Below are positions 20,007 through 29,682 of a DNA stretch of 64,000 nt, one piece after another. Source of the DNA: Actinomycetes bacterium (GTDB lineage: Bacteria > Actinomycetota > Coriobacteriia > WRKU01 > WQUG01); contig JAISUC010000021.1 of assembly GCA_031272275.1 (NCBI GenBank), forward strand, positions 7,490 to 71,489. The letters run 5' to 3'. A model generated the notes under the pieces. It saw only the letters and a program-made list of their open reading frames with translations, made no database searches and had not been told where the DNA came from. Numbering within the stretch: the stretch's first letter is position 1; every line of letters begins with the position of its first letter. The translations under genes were made by a program, and so were the position numbers.

Positions 20007-21089
20007 ATGTCCATGTGTGTCCCATACGCCGTCGGTATTGATGTCGGCGGAACCAAGCTCGCGGCGGCGCTGGTCGCACGTGACGGTGCGATCACGGCTC
20101 GTACCTTTCAGTTGACGCCCACCGGTATCGACGCCGCCGGCTTGCTGCGGCTGTTGGGGGACTTGGTGGCACAGGTAACCGGGGACGTGGCGCCTGCTGC
20201 TATCGCCGGCATCGGACTGGCGCTGCCGGCATTTATCGACTATCCCGCACAACGGGTGATGCACTGCGTGAACCTGCCGCTGGATGCTGCCGGTGGTTGC
20301 GACGTAGCGGCCGAACTGGCGCGCGCCACAGGGCTTACCGTGACCATCGACAACGATGCGAACGCCGCCGCAATCGGCGAGGGCACCTGGGGTGCCGCGC
20401 GCGATGTGCGTGACTTCATCATGGTGACGCTGGGTACCGGTGTGGGCGGCGGACTGGTTTTGGACGGCAAGCCCTACCGGGGATGGCGCGGTCTGGGTGC
20501 GGAGTTGGGTCATATCGTGGTGAATTGCGACGATGACACGCCCTGTCCCTGCGGCGGCGTCGGGCACTTGGAGGCCTATGTGGCGCGACCGGCGCTGACT
20601 CGGGCTGCGCGTTTGGCAGCCACCGGCCCACAGGGCGGTGCGCTGATGCGGGCCTGTGGCGGTGACGCGTCCGGCCTGGATGCCGAAATGCTGCTGGATG
20701 TGGCAGACGGCGGGGACCCTGCCGCCACCGCGGTCCTGTCCCGGGCAGGCAGCGTACTGGGCACAGCGTTGTCCGGATTGGTCAATCTGTTGAACCCGCA
20801 GATGATCGTCATCGGCGGGGGACTGGGCATGCGTGCCGACAGCCTGTTTGCCGCGGCGGATGCGCAGCTGCGCGCGTGTGCTCCCCCGGCTTTGGGGGAT
20901 CTGCAGCTGGTGCGCGCACAGCTGGGAAATGACGCCGGTCTGTTGGGGGCTGCGGCGTTGGCGTTTCAGCGGACGGACGGAGCCGAGAGCGCGGCGGATA
21001 CGGCGGCGGGAACGGTGAACGCGCACACGAACACGAACACGGATACGAACACAAACACGAACACAAACACGAACAGGACGGATGCATGA
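20007..21089 (+). CDS. ROK-family protein (sugar kinase or repressor)
   Basis: AVGIDVGGTKLAAAL, and a C-x-C-G-x(2)-G-H-x-E zinc motif (CPCGGVGHLE); the upstream 1.4 kb of the ORF-track frame was rejected as an antisense shadow of the epimerase. Confidence 0.8.
   Translation: MSMCVPYAVGIDVGGTKLAAALVARDGAITARTFQLTPTGIDAAGLLRLLGDLVAQVTGDVAPAAIAGIGLALPAFIDYPAQRVMHCVNLPLDAAGGCDVAAELARATGLTVTIDNDANAAAIGEGTWGAARDVRDFIMVTLGTGVGGGLVLDGKPYRGWRGLGAELGHIVVNCDDDTPCPCGGVGHLEAYVARPALTRAARLAATGPQGGALMRACGGDASGLDAEMLLDVADGGDPAATAVLSRAGSVLGTALSGLVNLLNPQMIVIGGGLGMRADSLFAAADAQLRACAPPALGDLQLVRAQLGNDAGLLGAAALAFQRTDGAESAADTAAGTVNAHTNTNTDTNTNTNTNTNRTDA
21025..21074 (+). repeat. Hexanucleotide microsatellite (AACACG)n, about 8 units, encoding a TN/TD repeat tail of the ROK protein
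   Basis: acacgaacacgaacacggatacgaacacaaacacgaacacaaacacgaac, directly upstream of the iorA start. Confidence 0.8.
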
Positions 21090-22978
21090 GCGCAGTCAAG
21101 CTGCTGATGGGAAACGAGGCGATCGCACTGGGTGCTCTGCGCGCAGGCGTGCGTGTGTGCACGGGATACCCCGGCACGCCCTCCAGCGAGATTCTGGAAA
21201 CCATCGCGCGTGAACATCCGGCGGGCGTGCATTATGAATGGTCGGTCAACGAAAAATCCGCGCTGGAGCTTGCGGCCGGTGCCGCCCAGTCAGGCGCGCG
21301 CAGCATGGTCACCATGAAACAGGTGGGGCTGAACGTGGCATCCGACCCGCTGATGAGCCTGAATTACACCGGTGTGGCAGGCGGCCTGGTGGTGGTGGTG
21401 GCAGACGATCCGGGCCCCATTTCGTCGCAGACCGAACAGGATTCGCGGCGTTTCGCGCAGTTCGCGCGTCTGTGCTGCTTTGACCCGGCGACGCCTGAAG
21501 AGGCCTATCTGATGATGGAACAGGCCTTTGAGCTCAGCGAACGCATCGGGCGCCCGGTGGTTCTGCGCCCCACGACGCGGGTCTGCCACAGCTATTCGAC
21601 CGTGCAGATGCGCCCCCGTGTGGACCGGTGCGTTCCTTCCGGTTTTCAGAAAGACGACAGTCGGTGGGTGATCTTTCCGCGATTGGCGTATGCGAACAAG
21701 CTGCAAATCGAGCAGGCGCTGGCAGACCTTGCGGCGTCCCGTCCGCCGATGGTGGGGGACACGTACCTGCAGGCGCCCGCCGCCGCAGCCGGTGGCGAAC
21801 GCATCGGCATTGCTGCGGGCGGTGTCACTTGGCAGTACCTGTTAGAGGCACTCGATCTGCTGAAAGACGCGCTTGCCGTCCGACCGGCCCTGTTGAAGGT
21901 CGGGGTCTACCCGCTGGCACAGGGGCAGTGCCGGGAATTCCTGTCCGCCTGCGACCGCGTCTTGGTGCTCGAGGAACTGGATGCTGTGATCGAGGACGCG
22001 TTGGCGCTGCTTGCGGCGCGCAGCTGCCTCAATACGCGGGTGTGCGGCAAGCGCACCGGCGACAGTTTCCTTGCGGGCGAAGCGAGTGTCGCGGGAATCT
22101 GTGACCTGCTGACGGCGTTCATTCCGGGTGCCGGCGGCGTGTCCGCGCCTACTCGGCATGACATCCCCGCACCGCCGCTGCCGCAACGCCCGCCGGTGCT
22201 CTGTGCGGGCTGCCCGCATCGCGGGTCGTTCTTTGCGGTGAAATACGCGATGCGCGGACGGCGCATCACCTGCAGCGGCGACATCGGCTGCTATACCTTG
22301 GGTAATGCCGCGCCGCTCGCGATGGTCGACACCTGTCTGTGCATGGGCGCGGGTATAACCCAGGCACAGGGCATCGCGGTGGTTGATAACCTGATACATA
22401 ACTCAGAGGAAGCCCCCGTCCACTTCGCATTCATCGGCGACTCCACCTTTTTGCACACCGGTGTTGCAGGACTGATGAACGCCGCGTGGAACGGCCACGA
22501 TATTGTGGTCTGCATTCTGGACAACTCGACCACTGCGATGACCGGCGGTCAGCCGCATCCCGGTATGGGCAGGCGCCTGGACGGCAGTCCCGCCCCGGTC
22601 ATCGACATCGAATCGGTCTGCCGCGCCGCCGGCGCCGACCGGATCTATCGCGCGAACGCCTTCGATTTCACCGGCAGCGTCGACATCGTACAGCGCGCGG
22701 CGGCGGACAGCGGCGTGCGCGTGATTATCTTTTCCGGTCCCTGCATCAACTTGGTCCCGCGCGGCACACCGCTGACCGTAACGCAATCCTGCACCGGCTG
22801 CGGTCGCTGCACGGCGCGCCTGGGTTGTCCCGCGCTCTCGATGCTTCCCGCTGACGGAACCGCACCCGCCCGCGCCCAGGTTGACGCGGTCCTCTGTACC
22901 GGCTGCGGGCTGTGTGCGCAGATCTGTCCCGCCGGCGCGCTCGTTTCCACCTCGCAAAATCGGGGTGATGGCGCATGA
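21086..22978 (+). CDS. iorA: Indolepyruvate ferredoxin oxidoreductase alpha subunit
   Basis: 630 aa; TPP-binding domains; two C-terminal 4Fe-4S motifs CTGCGRC...CP and CTGCGLCAQICP. Confidence 0.9.
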   Translation: MSAVKLLMGNEAIALGALRAGVRVCTGYPGTPSSEILETIAREHPAGVHYEWSVNEKSALELAAGAAQSGARSMVTMKQVGLNVASDPLMSLNYTGVAGGLVVVVADDPGPISSQTEQDSRRFAQFARLCCFDPATPEEAYLMMEQAFELSERIGRPVVLRPTTRVCHSYSTVQMRPRVDRCVPSGFQKDDSRWVIFPRLAYANKLQIEQALADLAASRPPMVGDTYLQAPAAAAGGERIGIAAGGVTWQYLLEALDLLKDALAVRPALLKVGVYPLAQGQCREFLSACDRVLVLEELDAVIEDALALLAARSCLNTRVCGKRTGDSFLAGEASVAGICDLLTAFIPGAGGVSAPTRHDIPAPPLPQRPPVLCAGCPHRGSFFAVKYAMRGRRITCSGDIGCYTLGNAAPLAMVDTCLCMGAGITQAQGIAVVDNLIHNSEEAPVHFAFIGDSTFLHTGVAGLMNAAWNGHDIVVCILDNSTTAMTGGQPHPGMGRRLDGSPAPVIDIESVCRAAGADRIYRANAFDFTGSVDIVQRAAADSGVRVIIFSGPCINLVPRGTPLTVTQSCTGCGRCTARLGCPALSMLPADGTAPARAQVDAVLCTGCGLCAQICPAGALVSTSQNRGDGA

Positions 22979-23658
22979 CGACCGGACGCAGCACAACGAA
23001 CGTCCTGATAGCCGGCGTCGGCGGCCAGGGAACCGTGCTTGCCGCACGGTTGGTGGGGTCTGCGGCACTCGCGTCGGGTCTGCAGGTCCGCGGCAGCGAA
23101 ACCATCGGCATGGCACAGCGCGGCGGCAGCGTGGTCAGCCATCTGCGCTTGGGGCATGATATCGCATCCCCGCTGATAGCCCCCGGCACCGCAGACGTGC
23201 TGATCGCCTTCGAACCCGGCGAGGCTGCACGTGCCGCCGCCTACCTGAAGCCGGACGGTGTCTTGGTCGCGTGCGACCGCGCCATCATTCCGGCCGTCGC
23301 TGCCGATTACGCGCCGCGCGATACACGGGCTTGGCTGCGGGACGCACTCCCCCATGTATATCTGTTGGATGGCGAGGCGATTCTGCGGACCTGCGGTGCG
23401 CGTGCGCTGAACGTGGTGTTGTTGGGCGCGACCGTGCAGCTGGGGTGTCTGCCCTTTGGTGCCGATGCGCTGGCAGATGCCATCCGCGCGCGGCTGCAGC
23501 CACAGTTCCATGATATGAACCTGCGCGCGCTGAACTACGGTGCCGAACTGGTCGCCGTCGCCGCTTCTGTTGTCCCCGACCCTACACCCGACGCCCCAGC
23601 CGACGCTCCCACCGACGCCCCACCCGGAAGGCAGGAACCCGCCCATGCAGATGACTGA
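22975..23658 (+). CDS. iorB: Indolepyruvate ferredoxin oxidoreductase beta subunit
   Basis: IAGVGGQGTVLAARL, the POR gamma-like fold; 4-nt overlap with iorA. Confidence 0.85.
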   Translation: MTTGRSTTNVLIAGVGGQGTVLAARLVGSAALASGLQVRGSETIGMAQRGGSVVSHLRLGHDIASPLIAPGTADVLIAFEPGEAARAAAYLKPDGVLVACDRAIIPAVAADYAPRDTRAWLRDALPHVYLLDGEAILRTCGARALNVVLLGATVQLGCLPFGADALADAIRARLQPQFHDMNLRALNYGAELVAVAASVVPDPTPDAPADAPTDAPPGRQEPAHADD

Positions 23659-24880
23659 TGAGATGCTCTCGGCCGTGCGCGCCAGCATCCGCCACGCAAA
23701 GAACAGCGAATTCTACCGGCGCCACTACGCCGACATCGAGCCCGACGACATTAAGACGCTCGCGGATTTCCGCCGGCTGCCCTTCACCGACAAAGAGGAT
23801 CTGCGCGGCGCATACCCGCTGGGACTGTGTGCGGTGCCGACCGATGAAATTGTGCGGATTCATTCGTCCAGCGGCACCACCGGCACCCCGGTGATTATCC
23901 CCTACACCGCCCGCGACGTGCACGACTGGGCGGTCATGTTCAAGCGCTGCTATGAAACGGCCGGCATCACGCGCGCCGACCGCATCCAGATTACGCCCGG
24001 TTACGGCCTCTGGACGGCGGGCATCGGGTTCCAACTGGGGGCAGAGCTGCTGGGCGCGATGGCGGTCCCGATGGGGCCGGGCAACACCGACAAACAGCTG
24101 CGGATGATGATGGACCTGCGCTCGACGGTGCTTTGCGCGACTTCGTCGTATGCGCTGCTCTTGGCCGAAGAAATCGAACGGCGCGGGGTGCACGACAGCA
24201 TCTGCCTGCGCAAAGGGGTGATCGGCTCCGAGCGCTGGGGCGAAAAGATGCGCCGGCGCATCGCGAACGAACTGGGCGTCGATCTGTACGACATCTACGG
24301 CCTGACCGAAATCTACGGACCGGGCATCGGGATCAACTGCGACTGCCAGGACGGCATGCACATCTGGACCGACTACATGTACTTCGAGATCATCGACCCC
24401 AAGACGGGGGAGTGCGTCCCGGACGGTGAATCGGGCGAAATCGTCATCACGACCCTGAAAAAAGAGGGCGCGCCGCTGATTCGTTACCGCACGCACGACC
24501 TGTCACGCGAGATTGCAGGCAGCTGTCCCTGTGGCAGTGATTACCCGCGCTTGGCGGCGATTATCGGCAGGTCGGACGACATGGTAAAGGTCAAGGGGAC
24601 CATCATCTATCCCAGCCGCATCGACGAGTTTCTGGCCGGGCTTGCCGGAGCCAGCAGCGAATACCAGGTCATGATCGATCACTTGAACGGGCGTGACCAG
24701 CTGACGCTCTTTTTCGAAACCGCCGTGGCGGAGGGGCCCGATCGCGCGCAACTGCAAAAGGCGGCCGAGGCCGGTTTCAAACAGGCGCTGGGTATTACCG
24801 CAAAGACCAAGCCGGTCAGTATCGGTGACCTGCCCCGCAGCGAGAAAAAGACGACGCGTATATTCGACAACCGCTACTAG
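23645..24880 (+). CDS. paaK: Phenylacetate-CoA ligase family (arylacetate-CoA ligase)
   Basis: PaaK N-terminus (FYRRHYADIEPDDIKTLADFRRLPFTDKEDLRGAYP) and SSGTTGTPV AMP-binding motif; RBS AGGAA. Confidence 0.85.
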   Translation: MQMTDEMLSAVRASIRHAKNSEFYRRHYADIEPDDIKTLADFRRLPFTDKEDLRGAYPLGLCAVPTDEIVRIHSSSGTTGTPVIIPYTARDVHDWAVMFKRCYETAGITRADRIQITPGYGLWTAGIGFQLGAELLGAMAVPMGPGNTDKQLRMMMDLRSTVLCATSSYALLLAEEIERRGVHDSICLRKGVIGSERWGEKMRRRIANELGVDLYDIYGLTEIYGPGIGINCDCQDGMHIWTDYMYFEIIDPKTGECVPDGESGEIVITTLKKEGAPLIRYRTHDLSREIAGSCPCGSDYPRLAAIIGRSDDMVKVKGTIIYPSRIDEFLAGLAGASSEYQVMIDHLNGRDQLTLFFETAVAEGPDRAQLQKAAEAGFKQALGITAKTKPVSIGDLPRSEKKTTRIFDNRY

Positions 24881-24940
24881 GGCTTAGGGGCGCGTTCGTT
24901 ATCCGCCTGTGCGGCATATGGCTCGACTCGCGTAACCGAC

Positions 24941-25075
24941 GTCATTGCGAGCATCGCGATAGCGATGCGTAGCAATCCACCGGTGCGGGCATCTGCCCGC
25001 CCACCGACGTCATTGCGAGCCCGCCGTAGGCGGGCGTGGCAATCCACCGGTGCGGGCATCTGCCCGCACCGGATC
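24941..25075. repeat. Tandem pair of composite REP-like elements (GTCATTGCGAGC-palindrome-GCAATCC plus hairpin CCGGTGCGGGCAtcTGCCCGCACCGG)
   Basis: Two units of about 68 nt, 24941-25008 and 25009-25075. Confidence 0.75.
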
Positions 25076-25461
25076 AATGACTCGGATGCGCGCGAGGGCG
25101 CAACCTCAAAATATCCCCCCGTAGGTCGCATTAACAGATGTGTACAGCGCGGTCGTCGGATCTGCTCCGGTTAACCGTTCATCGCTCATCGCCCGCAACC
25201 CCGGCTCAACAAAAGGCGGGCTCATCCGCGTCTCGCATCGCCGCCATCGTCACACTGTTTCCCGGCGCGCGAAAAATAATTTTACACTTCTGAGAATTGG
25301 CTGGTTTTGTGTTTGACCGTTTGTGCCCGCGGTGCCAGAATGGCTTCTTGTCGCTCGAATCGGTCACGGATGGCGCCCTGCGCGCGCCTTTGCAGCCGGA
25401 CACCGGCGGGTGACGCACCCGTCACTGTCCACCCCGACCCCACGAAAGGCACCCCACACCC

Positions 25462-27675
25462 ATGACCACCGTCCTTACCCGCTCGCACAGCACATCACGC
25501 GAAATCTGTGAAGCTCTGAACGTCCCCGCCGACGCTCCCGCATCAGCTATGCTGGTGCGCCTGGCACAACTGGCAACCGACCAGATTCGCAATCACGCGC
25601 ACGCAGAGGCCACGATCAGCCTAGACACTGCCTTGCAGTTGGTGCGTGCATCCGGGCAAAGCACGGCAGAGGCGGCACTGTTGCGTCGGCGCATCCTCTG
25701 TCATCTGGCGCTCTCGAACACCGACAGCCTGATGACGGATTACGAACAACTGGTGCGGATTACCCGCACTGCCGGCGTCACCGTCGATGAACTGCCGCTT
25801 GCCGAAAGTCTCTTGGGCGCGCGGGTGTTTGAAAGCTGCGGCAAAACGGACGACGCCCTCAATATGGCACTGAACGCGCTGGATCGGTGTTCCAATTCCG
25901 CCGAATTCGCCCTCTGCCAAACCATCGCCTGCCGCTTCGATTTGGCAATCAGCGGGGATGCACACGGTGTGGTTGAGTGCCTCTTACCCCTGGCAGCTGC
26001 CATCACGGGTACCACCGCAGGCACAGCCGACCTCGGGTCGATCGCGCCGCGGACTGCACAGCGGATGCTCAAGGCCACGCTCGCCTACGCGTGTCTCTGT
26101 ATCGGCAGACCGCGTCGTGCCGAGTCCTTTATCGAAGACATCGATCATCCGGCCTCACTTGCCGACATCGAGATGCTGGTTACGCACGCGCTCCATGCGA
26201 TCGCCGTCGGTGACTTCAGTCGTGCGGCCCGTTTGTGTCGGATTGCGCTCGCGGCGGACTCGGGTGCCTCTCGCGGTGAATGCAGCGAGGTGCTCTATAA
26301 AAGTTGCCTCATCTTGCAGGCCACCGGCCAGCGGCGCGAGGCAAAGGTCGTCGCCGAGGAACTGTCCGAGGTCACACTCACCGTATCCGCCCACCGCGCG
26401 ACCGCCGGGCACGCCCCGGATGTGCGCGCAGACCTCATGCTCGCCTCCTGTTGTCTGCAGCGCGCTGGCCTGAAACGTGCCCAAGCCCTGCTGCAGGACG
26501 TGGCGGCGGTCATCGACAACGCCGCCTCGACGTGCCCCCGTGAACGCCAGGCACAGGTGCTTTTGTCGGCTGTATTGGATGCAGCCTGCGGTGACATGCA
26601 GTCCGCCCTGGCGCGACTCCACCGGCACATCTCGGTCGTACTCAGCCGCGACCTGATCTTGTATGCGGCGCTCTATTGCTATATTCACCCACCCCTTTTC
26701 GGCCTCTTGTGTCAGGCCTACGGAATCGAGGCCTTACCCCTCGAAATGACCGACCTGCTGGACAGCTGGCAGTTTCACGGCACCTTCAATCGGGTGGTCG
26801 ACGCCTTGGGGTGCGACCAAAGCGCCGGTCTGGATGCCCGCTTCGAACACATCGGCGGCGACGGCGCCACAAACGTCACCGCTCCGCGCGAAATCCTCGA
26901 GGTCGATCTGTTGGGGGGCTTGCGCATGCGCGTCAACGGTCGCGCACTCGACCTCAGCACGTGGCGCAACAGCCGCGCGCGCGCGCTGTTGATCGCGCTG
27001 GCTGTTCATCGCGGAGACGAGGTTTCGCGCGACTGGCTGATGAACCTGTTCTGGCCCGACAAAACCGGCGAAGCCCTCTGCAATAACTTCTATGTCACCT
27101 GGGCCGGCATGAAAAAACTCATCGTCCGAACACTCCCCGCCGGCCTGCTGCATCTGGCAGACGAAATCAAAGCGGCCTTTCACAACTACGGGGGACGCTG
27201 CGCGCTGCTGCCCTCGTATTGCCGCATCGACCTGCGCACCTTTACGGATGCCCTGAACCGTGCGGCGGTGCTGATTACATCGGGGGAGCGTGATGAAGCC
27301 CTTTCTTTGTACCGAACCGCCGCGGATCTCTACCACGGGGATGTGTTGCCCGGGGACAGGCGTTTCGAATGGTTGGACTATCCCCGCAACCGCTATCATA
27401 AACAGTTCTTGGACGCCATGAGCACGGCGGCGGAACTGGCGTTGCAGGCGCATGCCCCCGAACTGGCACTCCACTTTACCGATCGTGCACTGGCAGTCAG
27501 CCGCGAACGCGAGGGGCTGTATAAACTTGCGATGCAGGCTTACGCCATGGCGGACCGCAGGCAGGAAGCCATGGAAACCTATCACGACTGCAAGCGCTAC
27601 CTGTCACGTGAACTGGGACTCGACCCCGGCCACAGCATTCAGGCGGTTTACGACAAACTCCTCAGCGACGGCTAA
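25462..27675 (+). CDS. Large transcriptional regulator: N-terminal helical domain plus OmpR/PhoB-type winged helix plus BTAD (SARP-like)
   Basis: C-terminal region (RNSRARALLIALAVHRGDEVSRDWLMNLFWPD ... BTAD helices LYRTAADLYHGDVLPG..) resembles the AfsR/DnrI DNA-binding plus BTAD unit; no Walker A motif found. Confidence 0.65.
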   Translation: MTTVLTRSHSTSREICEALNVPADAPASAMLVRLAQLATDQIRNHAHAEATISLDTALQLVRASGQSTAEAALLRRRILCHLALSNTDSLMTDYEQLVRITRTAGVTVDELPLAESLLGARVFESCGKTDDALNMALNALDRCSNSAEFALCQTIACRFDLAISGDAHGVVECLLPLAAAITGTTAGTADLGSIAPRTAQRMLKATLAYACLCIGRPRRAESFIEDIDHPASLADIEMLVTHALHAIAVGDFSRAARLCRIALAADSGASRGECSEVLYKSCLILQATGQRREAKVVAEELSEVTLTVSAHRATAGHAPDVRADLMLASCCLQRAGLKRAQALLQDVAAVIDNAASTCPRERQAQVLLSAVLDAACGDMQSALARLHRHISVVLSRDLILYAALYCYIHPPLFGLLCQAYGIEALPLEMTDLLDSWQFHGTFNRVVDALGCDQSAGLDARFEHIGGDGATNVTAPREILEVDLLGGLRMRVNGRALDLSTWRNSRARALLIALAVHRGDEVSRDWLMNLFWPDKTGEALCNNFYVTWAGMKKLIVRTLPAGLLHLADEIKAAFHNYGGRCALLPSYCRIDLRTFTDALNRAAVLITSGERDEALSLYRTAADLYHGDVLPGDRRFEWLDYPRNRYHKQFLDAMSTAAELALQAHAPELALHFTDRALAVSREREGLYKLAMQAYAMADRRQEAMETYHDCKRYLSRELGLDPGHSIQAVYDKLLSDG

Positions 27676-27688
27676 ACATCCCACGTCC

Positions 27689-27757
27689 GTCATTCCGGGC
27701 CCGCGGGTAGCACAACCGCCGTCTTTGCGAGCGCACGGTCGTGCGCGCGGCAATACA
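27689..27757. repeat. Two further REP-like elements of the GTCATTGCGAGC...GCGGCAAT family
   Basis: GTCATTCCGGGCCCGCGGGTAGCACAACC and GTCTTTGCGAGCGCACGGTCGTGCGCGCGGCAATAC. Confidence 0.6.
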
Positions 27758-27931
27758 TGCGGCGGCGTAGCCGCCGGAAAACAGGCCCGTCCGTCCGCAC
27801 GGGACAACTCTTCCGCAAACGGCCGCGCCGGGACGCACTCCCCCGAATTGGGGTGTCAGGCATGGTCATTACTGGGCTACAATGGGATGTGCCAGACGCT
27901 TGGCTTAATTCGGAACAGGAAGGGATGAACA

Positions 27932-29044
27932 ATGACGGATGTGGCAACGGACGGCTTGCAGCGCACGCCGTTGTATGACGAGCACGTGCAGCTGGGGGCA
28001 CGGATGGTGCCTTTCGCGGGCTATGAGATGCCGGTGCAATACGCGGGAATCCCCGAGGAACATCGGGCGACGCGTGAATCGGTCGGCATTTTCGATATTT
28101 CACACATGGCGGAGTTTCGGGTCAGCGACGGTTCCGGTGGCACGGCGGCAAAGGCATGGCTGCAGCGGATGCTGACCAATGACCTGGATCGCATCGATGA
28201 CATCGGGGCTGCGCAGTACACGCTGTTGCTGGATGATGCGGGACACATCATCGATGACCTGATTGTCTATAACACGGGTGCCGAGTACCTGATTATCGCG
28301 AATGCGTCGAACCGTGCGAATGATTTCGCGTGGCTGGAATCGCACCTGGATGACGGGGTGCAGATTGTCGACGAATCCGACCGGACCGCGCTGATTGCGG
28401 TCCAGGGACCGCAATCGGTGGATGTGGTAACGGAACTGGCGGGCGGTGCCGACGCATGGACGGCGCCCGAGCGGTTCCATATTGCACAGGCCACACTCGA
28501 CGGGACGATTCCGGTGCTGGTGGCGCGTACGGGATACACCGGCGAGGACGGGGTCGAGCTGGTGGTCCCGAACGAGGCCGCACCTGCCGTCTGGCGCCTG
28601 TTGCTCTCCTTTCCCCAGGTGACGCCGGTGGGCTTGGGCGCGCGTGATACCTTGCGGCTGGAAATGGGCTACCACTTGTACGGCAGCGACATGGACCGGA
28701 CGCGCAACCCCATCGAGGCAGGCTTGGGTTGGGTCTGCCCGAAATCCAAAAGTGGTTACAGCGGTGCCGACGTCGTTGCGGCTGCCCGCGAGGACGGAGT
28801 GGCCGAAAAGCTCGTTCACCTGCAGGTACAGGGCGGTATTCCGCGCGAAGGATACGGCGTCTACGACGGCGATACGCAAATCGGGGTCATCGGCAGCGGT
28901 TCGCATTCGCCGACGCTTTGCACCGGTGTTGCGACCGCGTATGTGCCGGCGCGCTATGCGGAGCCGGGTCGCGAGCTCACGGTGCACATCCGCAAGAAAG
29001 TGTCGCCCGCCGTTGTGGTGAAACCGCCGTTTTTGAAAAAATAG
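27932..29044 (+). CDS. gcvT: Glycine cleavage system T protein (aminomethyltransferase)
   Basis: TPLYDEHVQLGARMVPFAGYEMPVQYAG..., the full-length GcvT fold. Confidence 0.95.
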   Translation: MTDVATDGLQRTPLYDEHVQLGARMVPFAGYEMPVQYAGIPEEHRATRESVGIFDISHMAEFRVSDGSGGTAAKAWLQRMLTNDLDRIDDIGAAQYTLLLDDAGHIIDDLIVYNTGAEYLIIANASNRANDFAWLESHLDDGVQIVDESDRTALIAVQGPQSVDVVTELAGGADAWTAPERFHIAQATLDGTIPVLVARTGYTGEDGVELVVPNEAAPAVWRLLLSFPQVTPVGLGARDTLRLEMGYHLYGSDMDRTRNPIEAGLGWVCPKSKSGYSGADVVAAAREDGVAEKLVHLQVQGGIPREGYGVYDGDTQIGVIGSGSHSPTLCTGVATAYVPARYAEPGRELTVHIRKKVSPAVVVKPPFLKK

Positions 29045-29201
29045 TCTGCTAGTATGGCAGACGTGTTGTGTACTGACTGACGTTGTGTCTGCCGGTTTTT
29101 GCGGCAGACCGAGCGGCAGGCCGACATGAGTGCAAGAACATCCGGCGGGCTGATGTGCCGGAGTAACCGTTAGACCGACTGCAAGAGAAAGGGAAACACG
29201 C

Positions 29202-29579
29202 ATGGCTTATCCGAATGACCGCAAGTATTCCAGCGACCACGAGTGGCTCTTGGTGGAAGGCGACGAGGCCACCGTCGGTATCACCGACTTCGCACAGGAC
29301 CAATTGGGCGCTGTGGTGTACGTCGATCTGCCGGCACAGGGTGACAGCTTTTCTGCCGGAGATGCGATTGGCGAGGTCGAATCCGTCAAATCCGTATCCG
29401 AAATCTACCTGCCGGTGTCAGGCGAGGTCATCGCGGTAAACGAAGCCTTGACCGACAATCCGGGCACCATTAACGAGGATGCCTATGACGAGGGCTGGAT
29501 TGTCCGCATACGCCTGAACGATCCGTCCGAGGTCGACGCGCTGTTGGATGCCGCGGGCTACGAGGCCTCGCTGGGTTAA
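29202..29579 (+). CDS. gcvH: Glycine cleavage system H protein
   Basis: Lipoyl-attachment motif ESVKSVSEIYLPVSGEV. Confidence 0.95.
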   Translation: MAYPNDRKYSSDHEWLLVEGDEATVGITDFAQDQLGAVVYVDLPAQGDSFSAGDAIGEVESVKSVSEIYLPVSGEVIAVNEALTDNPGTINEDAYDEGWIVRIRLNDPSEVDALLDAAGYEASLG

Positions 29580-29682
29580 TCGAGTTTGGCGGCTGCGCTC
29601 GCGCCGAAACCTGCGCGATACCCGCACCGATACCCGCGCCACCCGTTTACCCATACACCTGAAAACACCCTGAGGAGGGGAT

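Noticed and set aside
18618-21089. 823-aa ORF on the + strand spanning the aldose-epimerase region
   Set aside because: Only the last 360 aa (from 20007) look like a protein, the ROK family. The upstream 1.4 kb is the antisense shadow of the minus-strand aldose epimerase in GC-rich DNA.
27676-27931. Glycine riboswitch upstream of gcvT
   Set aside because: I could not find the conserved GGAGA ... ACCGAAGG.GCAA ... CTCAGGCAAAAGGACAG elements. The region instead holds REP-like repeats and one copy of the over-represented motif.
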